From contig DF237423.1 in NCBI GenBank assembly GCA_000708835.1, positions 1 to 64,000 on the forward strand: a stretch of DNA of 64,000 bases, read 5' to 3'. A model generated the notes under the pieces. The model was given only the letters and a program-made list of their open reading frames with translations, was not told the DNA's origin and did no database searches. The position numbers and the translations under genes are program-made. Within the stretch, counting starts at the first letter, position 1. Each line of letters begins with the position of its first letter. Source of the DNA: Klebsormidium nitens (Eukaryota; Plantae; Klebsormidiophyceae). Shown here piece by piece: positions 1 through 11,900 of this stretch.

Positions 1-190
1 ATTTTGAGCCAGATTTTAGGTGGCAGATAGCCCCAACCAAGCAGATTCCAGCATTGTAGCAAGCTCAAAATTTGACCATCATTTGACCTAATTTTACCCT
101 GAACGCGCTTAGGTGTCCGAGAATTGGTGCTTTTACCTTAACACCTCCTTTTTAGCTCTTCTCATTTTTTTCCTGTCCAAAGGTGCGGCC

Positions 191-3100
191 ATGGCAGTGG
201 CGTTTGCGGTAAACAGAGGGGCTTTGCCCAGATGCTGCCCAGTCAATAATAGAGCAAGCCAGATTGAGGCAGAAGTAGCTGCATCGAGGGCGCTCGGCCA
301 AGGCGCTGCATTGCTTGGAAAATTTGCATCACCAGCAATCAGGGAGTCGGCATTCCATGATGTGGATGCAAACAGGCACATCAAGCGCAGGAGGAAGCGA
401 CAGCTTGCATGCAGAGCTGCTGGAGCGAGCAATGCTGAGAAAACTGTAGCACGATCTGAAGGTACGTTCCATGAAAATATTCGCTGTAGGACTCGGCCAA
501 GTGCCGGAAGCTGTTGGCCCAGGCAGATTTTTCAGCTTATTGGACATAGCAGAGACAAGCTCCTGAGATTTCATTGCGTTGCCCCGGCTGTTGGTCCTTT
601 AGGCACACCCTTGGAGGTGCATCCAATTTGTCGCTGGGTGAGGCGGTGATTGCAGTAGAGTCACCAATGCTGCCAAACTAGAGTCCACGGGCTTCCAGGC
701 CTCAAAGGAAAGCATATTAGTCAATGGCGTTGAAAGATCTCCCTCTCGCAGTGGACTTGCTGTGTGCACGGAAGCAGAGCCTGACCAATCTGAGACTGGT
801 ACCGTGGCACATGGGGGAACTCTGCTTTCTTCCCTGCCACTTCTGGCGGAAGCACACTGCATCTGCGCTGGTGCAAACAATGCAATCCTGTATTCCTGCC
901 ACTTCGTTTCATAAAACATTCACAACCGCTTTCACAAATCATGCAGCAGAAAACATGTTGCAGAAGAGTCATGAAACATTCGTTCTCAAACATGCCACAT
1001 TTCAAACATTCCACCGAAGCCTATAGCACAGACTTTCAAAATACGACGGCTCACGACATTATCTGATTGCAATTGACAAACTTGGACTTGCAGACCGGAT
1101 AGAACTTGGCAAGACTGGCCTGCAAGTCTCACCTGTCGGCATTGGAACGCTACAGTGGGGGGACCCTGGGTCTGGTTTCGGAGACTCTTACGACGAGGAG
1201 ACGCTGAAGGAGGTATTTGACACAGCAGCGGAAGGGGGGATCTCATTCTTTGACACGGCTGAGGTGAGCTCTCATCATTTTTTCCACATTCCCGTTGCCT
1301 TTCGTTATCATCTTGCTGACAAAATGGAGAAAGAGCTTGATTCTTTGCATGAGCCTAATCAGTTTGTACTTTCTCGAAATGAAGTGCGCCCGAACGCATT
1401 AGGTGCTCAAGCACAGATTGTAGTAAGGAGACCCTTTCCCTTTTCCTGGTTAAGTGCTGGGGCTAGTCACCACAAGTGTCTTGAGATGGATGGGTCTGTC
1501 TACCAGCAGATAATCGTCCTGAACTTGTAAATTGTGGACGCCAGTTAACCGCTCTGGACCTCCGTTTTTGGGAATAACTCTTCAATTGACGGTTACATAT
1601 CACAAGCACCAGTGGGAGTGGTCGGTTACTGTGATGCCAGAGTGGGGTTTGGGCAAAATGCATCTCAACATGCATCTCCTACAAACGTTCTCAATAATCA
1701 CACGATCGAACCTTGGTAGTGCATACGAGCTTTCAGATCTCACCCGTTCAAAAGCAGAAGAAGCCTGTGTCTCTTGCCAACACTTGTGATCCTGTAACGA
1801 GAGTAGCTACTTGATAGGCCTATTCAATAACTGTCGTTAGTGGTTGTTAATCACGTTTGATCGGTGCAAACGGGAAGGGACAGGAAGTCTGTGATCATCT
1901 TTTTCCTGTCAAAGCCACCCAATTTGAAGGGCAGAAGGTCTTCGATGAGGTCTTACGTAACTGAAACTCTGCCATATTCGAATCAAAGTGCATGTTATAC
2001 CGATCAGAGTCTGTCAAAATTGTAATCAGCAGTACCTGATCTGCAATTATATTCACTTAGCCATTACGTCTGTCCAGCACAGAGAGGGCATTGAGGGACC
2101 GATCTTCTTCTCAGCGACAAATGCATTGCGGACAAGGGCAGATTAGGTCGCAGAGGCAGATTCGAAGATGTAATGGGAGCAGTCGAATGACTTTTCCCCT
2201 GAAGACTCTTGTGTAGCTTAACATCTTAATAAGTCGCTTCTTTTTAGGGAGTTTGTTTTTGCGTATTTGCTTGCTCGTTTGCTAGGCATGAATTTCTCTG
2301 CTCGGAGTTTGCCTGGTATTTGATTTCAGGCAAATACCACCGGCAATGCGTTGGAGAATGGAACGCATCATAAATCGTACCGGTTTCTATCGAGGCCGAA
2401 TCGTTCGAACATCCACTCTTACGAATCACTGCTCATGGACTTGCTAAAAAGCTCGTTCCGGATTTCAAAATCATTCAGGTTGAATCCTCCGGTGTGCAGG
2501 TGTACGGGTATGAGAGTATCAAGAAGGGCCAGTCCTCGGAGCAGCTGGTGGGCCGCTTCACCAAGTCGCTACCAGCAGGAAAACCGGCGCCCGTGGTGGC
2601 GACCAAGTTCTTCACGATTCCCTGGACGAATCTCCTCGTGGGTGAGGGGCTTCAGATCTGAGACACAATCAATGAAGAGGTCCTGCTGGATCGCAGATTC
2701 GAGATTAATATTGGCGCGCACCTTCACGCTCACCGCTTCAAGATCCCTCAGAAAACAGGACAGCCTGTGGCGCATAGCAAGGTTCAAAAGGGGAAGAGCA
2801 TCACCAACCATTGACAAGGATCTCGAGGTGACGCTGGGGTGTCTTTGGTGGTCTATAATTGCGGAGCATACATAGGTTTCCATCCAATCCGGCTGCTTAG
2901 TGCTCCGAACATATCCCGACCTAGAAGATAGGTAGCGGCGTCTTCAAGCCTCCGCTTCTTTTCAGGTGGAGGATTTCGCTTCGGACGCAAATCCATGATT
3001 GCTGCGCTGAAAGAGAGCCTCAAACGGCTCGGCAAAGACAAGGTCGATTTGTACCAGGTGAGGCCCCCTCTTTCGGTTTCCACTTATCAGCGCCGTTGTA

Positions 3101-6100
3101 TTAATCGTCAAGATCTGGGATGACTCTCGTCGTTTGTTCAAATCTATTAAACTGGTGCTTCCTCAACCCGACTTTCCTTGCCAGACTCTTGGCTTCCAGA
3201 GGTGCCCGAATACAGCATATAATCCCGACTGTCTTCGCCCTGACCGGAGTCTGGTGATACAAAGAACCGACTATTAGGAGCTGCGGTGTAACCTTTTGTG
3301 ATATCTGGTCTCATGTCTGTACAACGGTTCGCTCAAAAGGCGTCCAAGGCCCAACTGTGACGGCTATCGAAGCGGCAAACGCTCTTGACGACCACTGATT
3401 AACCGCCGCACTGGGAGTATCCCGCAAAGCCGGCCTTTTTATGACGACTTCTTCCTGCGCTACTTACGTCGAAGCACTGGTCGACCCGATGCCCATGTCT
3501 TGTCGTTGTTTCCTCGAGGTCCCAGGTTTGACGTCTACACATTTCTTGGCTTGACGTTTACGGGTTTCTTGGCTTGCAGATTCACTTCCCATTTCCCACC
3601 TTCTCGAACAGCACGCTCATGGACGGTTTGAAAGAGGTTAGGGACCTCGGGTTGGCGGACGCGGTCGGCGTCTCCAACTACTCCTTAGCTCAGGTCAGTG
3701 ACGTTTCTATGCTCGCTGCCTACCGTACGTCAAACATGCTGGCCATTTTCCGGAGGAAACGTTGGTCAGGACGACAAGGTGGTGTCAGCAGCACCGTTTA
3801 GAGGTTGTAGCTGATGGGATCGGCTCGCCCGATCGAAAGGATTGATCGTTTGTAATGGGAAGGTCTGTGGTGTGGTAAATTTGTTTGGCCCCAGAGTTCG
3901 GTCTGAATGAACCTGGCAGACGTTTGGGCTTGCAGACTAGCGCTCTTGCAGGAGAGGGTTTAGGACTCTACTTTTCGGTTCCAAGCGTCAGCCCCAGCTG
4001 TGTGTTCCTTCTGCGAAGTTTCCACGCCAGAAGCATGAGAAGCTTTTGATGCTCAAGAACTCAGCTAAGGGTAGTCTGCGTTTTGCAGATGGAAGACGCG
4101 CACTCCCTATTAGACAAGCACGGCATCCCCCTAGCCTCCAATCAAGTCCAGTATAGGTGAGGCATCCTGCGGCTGCGCTCATCCTCTTCGACCTTTTCCT
4201 TCGAGCCTCTGCACATTACTGACAATGAATCATGAACAACTGCCATTTTCGCTTGCAACCGCATGAGGTACTATTCTCAATTAGATCTACCTTGACGAGC
4301 ACCGGGGACATGCTTCATTCCATGCCCCGAGCCACTGTACGTCTTTCGGTACCTTCCCACTGTGTTGTCAGAACCCATGGAAGGAGAACGTGGACTACAA
4401 TTTCCAATTCTGGACCCCCACACCGACTTGTATCCTATGCGCGCGTACGTGGCTCAAAGACTGGTTACTTTTTTGGTCACTCGGTCGCTTGGCTTTGTCC
4501 GGCCCGGTCACAGTCTTGTACCGTATTTGCATGCCAGGTAGGTATTCTAGCCCCCGGTGGGGTTACGATCGGTCGGTCAAAGAGCAGACTAGTCAAGGCC
4601 ACGTTACCGCTCAACCAACCTCAAAGCTACACCAAGTCTTTCGAAGCTCGCGCACAGGGTAACAGCTCTTGTGGGAGTCCAGAACTGAAAACTGTAGTCC
4701 GCGTTCTCCTTCCACGGGTTCTGTCAGCACCTTATCGGACTGCACCGTTCTCGGATCGAGAGTCTTACGGTTTCTTTACGTGCTTTGCTGCAGTTTACTG
4801 AGTCGGGCGCCCGACAAGAGTGGGCTCCTTGAAAAGGCGAAAGTAAGCCTCGCGCTTTACGGCGCCCTTTTTTCTTTGCAACGCGTGGATTCGTTGGCAA
4901 CCGCGGCTGCCCTTGCTAGCATGGATTGGGCAAATGCCACATAACGTGCGTGCTATTTTACCTGAGTGTCAGCTTGGTTAGGTTGTTTTCAAGCGGGTCA
5001 GAGACATGACAAGGCTCCTTTGAAGGCCGTTGATTCTCCCCCGTCCTTTCACAGCCGTTGTACCTTAGTTGACTTCACGAAGTCGATCAATTTCACTCCG
5101 GTTGTAAGTCAGAAACGGAGCCACTCCGTCAGAAGTGAGGGAACCGTCAGCAATCGTCTTTGGTTGTCGCATCGCGGTTCGCTTTTGTATCAATCAATGC
5201 TATTTTGTTTGGGCTGTACTGAGCCAGCGCTGTTCCGAAACCCTTCCCAAGTTGGTCGAAGGTGATGATGACCCTGCATACCTAGCGCGAGAAGTATGTC
5301 CGGTGCGCAAATCTTGCACACCGTTCTCAGGGGCAATTCGTTCAGTTGTGCAGGATTTGGGCGTGTCGGTGATAGCATATCAACCACTGGCCTCCGGCAA
5401 GCTGACGCAGCGGCAACTAGAAAGGGGAGAGCAGGGCAGCGAGGTGAGGTGACAGTACTGACGATTGCTGGATTACCAGAAACGAAAGGGGATTTGAAAT
5501 ACGAGTGGAAAAGGAAGGGCCTCAGATCACGTCAACAAAGGCTGGAAAATGATGAGATGGCTGGGTCTTTTCTGCAGTTTCGACGGACTGTAACTTCCGA
5601 ATCCTGACTAGTAGGTGCAGTCGAGATGCTCATCTCCGCTACATGGAACAAGTGTCGTAATGTCGTGATATCGTGACACGATGTCGCCCCTGTATTCGGG
5701 CCAATGTTCTCGACAAAGCCGACTAATTGAAGGCAGAGGTTCAATGAAGACGATCGATTCTCGTTCTCCTTGTTGCTGTCGGACGCAATCTTCTCGGAGA
5801 AAAGCACGAGCAAATAAACCTTTGCGGCTGCTGGAAAAGATCCGAAGCAGCCGGACAGCATCATCATGCACGATCGAAGTCGCCGCTTTCCATCCGTGCA
5901 AGTCATTTCGCACTCTGACAATATGCACCTATTTGTTCGTTTCATTTCTGCAGCTGCGGCCGCTATTGCAGCTGATGAGCTTTATCGGCGCCGTGAATGG
6001 GGGCAAGAGCGTCACCCAGGTTGCGTTGAACTACCTCGTCTGTAAAGGGGCTATTCCCATACCAGGGTGCGTGCCTGTCCGACTCTTCCGCTGAAACTGC

Positions 6101-7204
6101 TTGTGCTTGCGCGAGCATCAGATTCCCTCTTCCGGAGGATTTTGAGGCGGCCAGATGCCGCCTGGAGGCAGCGCCGCCTGTCGCACATCGTATGCGCCTT
6201 CGAAGTTCCCGTGTCTGATCGTACGTCTCGAGTCCTGATCCCTCTGCTTTTGGTTGTAAGGGCGTTCGGCTTTTGGTATCGCCCGCCTCTGATGTGGCGG
6301 CCCTGTAGAAATGGCGTCTTTCGCTTATCAAAAAAGACTCAACCGTCAAACATGACTGTTTTTGAACGTTCGCTCAAGCGCGGGATTAATTCGGAAGTCG
6401 ATGTGGACCGTAATGAGCTCTTTCGAGGAGAGACAAAAGTCAGCAGGTTGCGATCTCCTGCTTCCTGTTGCTGCCAGGATCTCGTTCGAGGGTAGACAAA
6501 ACCTCAGCAGGTCACAAATGGCTGCTTTCCTGTTGCTGCCAGGAGCTCTTTCGAGGGCAGACAAAAACTCAGCAGGTCACAAATGGCTGCTCTCCTATTG
6601 CTGCCAGGAGCTCTTTCGAGGGCAGGCAAGAACTCAGCAGCTCATGACCGGCTGTTTTTCTGTTGCTGCCAGGTGCAAGTCTGTAGTGCAAGCGAAAGAG
6701 CACGTGGGCGCCCTGGGATGGCGGCTCGACGAGAACGAAGGTGAGCCGTTGGATCTCGCTGATCGCCGATGAACATAAAGGACAGACTGGCGGTCAGTCT
6801 TGTGCCCTGGTCGTGGTGTTGGTTTGTGTCAGGACCCTGTGAGCGGACCTCTTCAGAAAAGCAACCCTGTCTGGGATTGTTTTAATGAGACAAACGATCA
6901 CAGTCGCTGCATTGGGTGAGCTCTTGAAGAGGGCTTCGATCGTGACTGAGGGGTTTCATCTCGGAGGTCTCACTTTCTGGAACCGTACTTTCAGTCGAAA
7001 GGTCTCCATCAACAATTCCGCTCTAGGCGCTTTCAGTTCTTCCGTTGCTGGAGGCCGAACCCCCGGATTGTATTCTTATGTAGCTGGTTCACATTCACAC
7101 CCGGTGAGGCCTCTCTTATGAGGCAGCGGTTCTAACCGAGCATCGACACCCCCTGCTTTGCAGTTGCCACGATCGAGGAGAAGCTGGCAAGCCTCAGCCT
7201 CTGA
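191..7204 (+). CDS. Aldo-keto reductase, probably plastid-targeted (At1g06690/pyridoxal-reductase-like clade); about 10 exons
   Basis: ATG at 191 begins a transit-peptide-like exon (MAVAFAVNRG...). GT-AG exons follow: ELGKTGLQVSPVGIGTLQWG...ISFFDTAE (~1105-1263), VYG...VATKF (~2500-2640), KESLKRLGKDKVDLYQ (~2967-3058), IHFP...AVGVSNYS (~3580-3693), IPLASNQVQY, LLSRAP, VIAYQPLASG, QVALNY...IPIPG, CKSVVQAKEHVGALGWRL (from 6673) and VATIEEKLASLSL* (TGA 7202-7204). The AKR catalytic D, Y and K motifs are present. Confidence 0.93.
6415..6672 (+). repeat. Four tandem ~65-bp intronic units, each ending in a 3' splice-site sequence (ctgttgctgccag)
   Basis: Units end at 6477, 6542, 6607 and 6672. The last unit is the acceptor of the AKR CKSVVQ exon. 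Confidence 0.92.
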
Positions 7205-8919
7205 CAGGAGACATGAGCCGTCTTGAGTGCTCGTGAGACGGACTCCCAGCCTAGGTACTGTATACACGGATCTGGTATGAGGGAGCAGACTGCGCTTTAG
7301 TGGATCTAAACTCAGATTTCTTTGAGGAAAGATAAGCGGATTGTCGTCGTATAGTTGGATCAATTGCGAGTCGCTTCTAGCTTCTCACGGATTAAGACGA
7401 GGGCATGTATTGCGCAGTTGACCTGATGCTGCAACCAGCACGGTTCGAGAACGGAGATAGAGCTTGCTTCTCGGCTTGACCCGGTTCAGTGTGTACTACT
7501 GATTGCTGATCGGGGAAAAACGGTTGATTTGAGCATGCTTCCGGCCTGCAAGTAAGTACATGTTCCACGAGTTGCAGCTGATGCAGCTATAACATCTGTA
7601 GACTGAAGATCTGGTTGCTTCTCTTTGTTTGTTCACTTTCTTGAAGCTGCATATTTCAGCTCTTGTGCTTCGGCACAAGCTACCTACGGTGGGTTCCGGC
7701 CGAGTCGACTCCGACTCGAACCGCAACGAAATTGTGGGACCCGGTATCAAATTCTGTCAGTGATACCGGCGGTTCACGTTACGCTGAGTCGGACTTCCGA
7801 AACATGTACGGTTCGAGTACTCAGGAATTTTTGCTCGGCCGTAAGTGAGTGTCATGAAGTTGTAAACAAGTGTATTATTTTACACTTTGACGGGAGCATG
7901 AAAATGCCACACTAAGATGCGGCTTATGCAACATGCAGAAACCTTTGACAAGCTAAAAAAAATGTTGGGGGACCGTCATTAGCTGTCCTCTGAAGCTCCA
8001 ACATCATGTTTTGTTCAGGACAAATCTCAAATAGCAGCATAGGAGGCGCAAAGTTGGCCGCCATTGTTGGATTTTGAAGAGCGCCTTCTCTTACACTCCT
8101 ATATCAAATCTCTGCACTCTTCTTTCAGTCTGGGTACCGCGGTACTCGTGCACGGTACAAGTCGGAAGTTCCGACCAAGACCATGAAATTTAAATTTGTC
8201 GGCCGCGCAGACTCGAGTCTCGCGCGACGGTACCGTACCTCCGGGTAGTACGTAATTGCCCGTTTGATCGACGTGTCAGGAAAAGCTCGATTCATGAATT
8301 CGGACCCGATTCTCTAGCACGGCCGAGTACGATCGTTAGTACTGCGTACAAAATGTGTCGCGACGCGTGACACCGGTCATACAAATTTGAGACGCGGTCG
8401 ATACCGTCGAGACCCACCATAGGTAGCTTGTGGGAGACCAGCATGCGTCGAACTTGGGACTTATTCTGTCGGAGATCGGTCATTTGATGCGGGTGAGATA
8501 TCAATATGAGTATATCGGGGCTGCCAATTTGTCTCAATGATGGGCCCTGGGCACTAAAAAGACCAGGCCGCATGCTATATATGATGGTACGTTAATACCT
8601 CCATGAGAGCGGCTATATACAAGGGCCAGTGACCTGCTTGCAAATCCGGATCCAATTGGCATGCTTCTACCATTACGCAATATTCCTCACTTAATTTGGT
8701 CCGATCAATTGTCAATATACACTGCGCAACAATGCTTCGATCAATCTCTTCACGTCCATACATCCCGCGCCCAATGTGATACCGCGATGGTGGTGCACCC
8801 ACAGTAAGCTCTAAGTTACCCTCTTGCTTAAGCTAGCTCAATCGACACCTTCGAGGTAGATGGACGGTCTTTATAGACCCTATTAGCAATCTGCCGCGCT
8901 AGGTCGACAAGCACCTGAG

Positions 8920-11900
8920 CTATTGATTGCAGAGTGACGTCACCGAGGGTCGTTCCCGACACCGCTTCCGACAATGTTCGAGCTCCCCGTTCCACGAGTT
9001 CATCGTGAGGTTTCTACAGCACATCAGCTTTGCTAGAGGGTGTTTGGTGGGCTTGTACGACAGGCGGCTAGCGTAGAGAGATATCGTAAGGGCCTGGTAG
9101 CGTGCTAGGTTTGGATTGTCTATATACTGCTTCGCAAAAGCCGCCCCTCGCTCTCCGATCCTCTTCACGACGTCATCGTTATGCCGTGCCCACTCTATCT
9201 TTTTCTCAAGGTCCAGCTCGAAATTAAATGCGGATATTGGGATGTAATGCTTATACGCCTTGAGATCCGGGTAAAACCATTGCAACCCTTCCTCCCATAA
9301 CTTAAACACGACCGAGTTCGCCAGCAGCAGGTTCTTCAGTCGAAACGACGGCCCGTGTCCCTCGACGTCCAGCAGATACTTATAATGCAGAAGCCCCTCT
9401 GCGCTCAGAGCGGATTCCGTTGTCATCCTCTCGCAGTCATCTTCCCCTATCGGGCCCCCGTGTTTCTCCAGCGCCGGAATGTATAGCCTCTTACAGTCGT
9501 CTACCGGGCCGGTATGCCGGGAATCTATCAAGTCCGGTCGGGCCAGCCCCATTCTCAGCACGCGCGCACGGGGCTCGACTGCGGTTAGAGTCCCCCGCCA
9601 AACCGCGCGCGCGTCTTTCAGCTCCCACGGGACGGGGGGGTAACTGTCGACGCGCCACGGGCTGCCCTCCTTGAAGTCCTGCTGCGACCACGTGTAGTCG
9701 TACCTACGATGGGAAAGTGGCGGAAATTGGAGAGAGGAAGGAAGGCGAGAAAGAAAAGAGAAAGGAAAAGGAAAGCGAAAGAGGAGGACGCGAGAAAGGA
9801 AGGAAGCGAAGCGAGTGAGGAAGGAAGAGCGAGAGGACAGTAGCGAGAGAGGGAAGTAGCGAACAAGGAGGAAGACAGAGACGCAAAATGCGAAAGAGGA
9901 AGGAATAAAAGAGGAGAAACGTTGAGGGCGGAGGAAGAGCTGGTCAACGGACAGTTTCGACCGGCGGCATGCGCCCACAGACCGAGCCCAAGGAGGGAAG
10001 GAAGCTTATTGAGGATCCTTGTCGTGTTGCGGCTTACTTGTGTCAAGATTGTGAAAAGCGTTCTAAGAAGCAACCGGATGATTCCAGGCGAGCTTCGGTG
10101 AGAAACGTAAATATCATGATGTTCATCCTCAAAGCTTGCGGCCGTTTGAGTGGCCAAGTTTGGACCTTGCAGAGATTGAAGCCCGCTGTTTCACAGGCTG
10201 CAGCTCCGTATCCCATCATATCATTTGAGTCAGGTCGTGAACTGCGTGCATTTCAGTCAATACTGCAACCCCTTCTATGAAGCTGTGACGTGGGTAGGAT
10301 GAGAAGAGTCTCCCAAAAGATCCTAGTGCCTATACCTCATGAAGTATTGAAAGCGGATCCGTTGACTTACGTTGGGAGGAACAGCGCGTTGCAAGACGCC
10401 CCGTAGTTGTCGTCGCGCAGGCTCCACGACATCATGGGCGCTAAATTCTGGGCCAGCGTCTGGTAGGCCACGGGGGCGCAGCGGTCGGAGAAGGACAGCA
10501 GAAAGTCCGCGTCGGGAACGTCGTGATCGGCAAGCATTTCTTGCAGGCTGGTCAGCGCGTGCAACGCCTGCGGTAAGAAAACGGGTTGACCAAGAGGTTA
10601 AGTACGGGCTACGATTAGCAGGGGTAATAAGATGTCGTGGTCGGCCAGCATTTCTTGCAGGCCTGTGGCAGAATGCAGGTTAATCTGGAGGTTATCTACC
10701 CAAGGTATAAAGCTGTGGGTTTTGGTGTAAGCAGTGGGCTATAGGAGGTCATGGTCAATGAGCTACTTCTAGCAGGCTGGCCTGCGCGTGCAACGCCGGC
10801 GGCAGAACACGGTTGACTGGGAGGATATCTACTGGTTGGTATAAGCAGTCGGCTAGGAAGGTGTGGTCGGTTAGCATATCCTGCAGACCGGTCATTCCTT
10901 GCGAGAAAATGCGGGCCAGCGGATTGGTTTACCGGGAAAAATTTTCTGGTTCCTTATAAGCAGCAGGGTGAAGAACGTTCTGTTTAGTCAGCAACTCCTG
11001 CAGGCTGGCGAAAGCGTGCAGTGCCTGCGAGAACATGCGGATAAGCGGATGGGTTACTGGGGAGGTTCTTAAGTGGTTAGGCAGAAGCAGAAGAATATCG
11101 GGCGTCGCGCGCAGCCAGCATCTTCTGCAGGCTGGTGAGAACTTGCATCGCCTGCAAGAAGCAGTCGGTTAGCAGTTGGGGTTAGCAATCAACGGGCTAC
11201 TGGTACAGCAGATGTCCAATGACTTCTCCCGCCCCTGATAATGCATAATCTAGAAGTTCGACTTGATGATCAAAGGTTGTCTCGTGGTCTCCTGCTCAGT
11301 AAATCGCCTTAGCGAGTCTCAGGATTGAGAGCGTAACGTCGGTTGATTGGGTCACCGTCCAAACCTGTTGTGCCTTCTCATATGTTTGATTGAGCGAATG
11401 ATTGATTGATGTAATAAATGTCGACTGCATCCAGACAGTCTTTGAACGATCCCTATGGTCCGGTGGTCTGATCCAGATTGCTCCAGATTAAGTACCGTCC
11501 CCGTCAATGAAGGAGGAATGATGCGAAGTCTGACGTCTCCATGCTCGGCCAGGTCGCTTTCCCATTCTTGGTCGCTGTCTCCCGGAAGAGTGCCTGATTT
11601 TTCAAGCTTTTGTGGCATGTGCGACCGGTTCACTATTTGCCCCTTCCCAACAGTGGCAAATGACAGAACAGCGGTGGCATCTTTGAGCTAGCGAATGGTA
11701 TCCCATCCTTGCTGCCGGACCTGCTCCAATTAGGCATTATCAATAAGAACCGACAGGGGACCTGAAGCGTCATCCTCATGAGGAAGCCACCCCTGCTTAC
11801 CGAGCCTGGTCAAGAGGCCCTCCAAAATGATGGGCACCGTTTTATGTGAGCTTTCTCGCCCTAAAAACAGAAAGGGGCGAGCTTTTCATAAGACTTACAT

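Noticed and set aside
6415-6672. Regularly spaced repeats resembling a CRISPR array
   Set aside because: The units are contiguous tandem copies with no unique spacers, inside a spliceosomal intron.
8292-8802. Two adjacent minus-strand ORFs that might be a decayed TE or gene fragment
   Set aside because: I found no recognisable domain or convincing splice structure.
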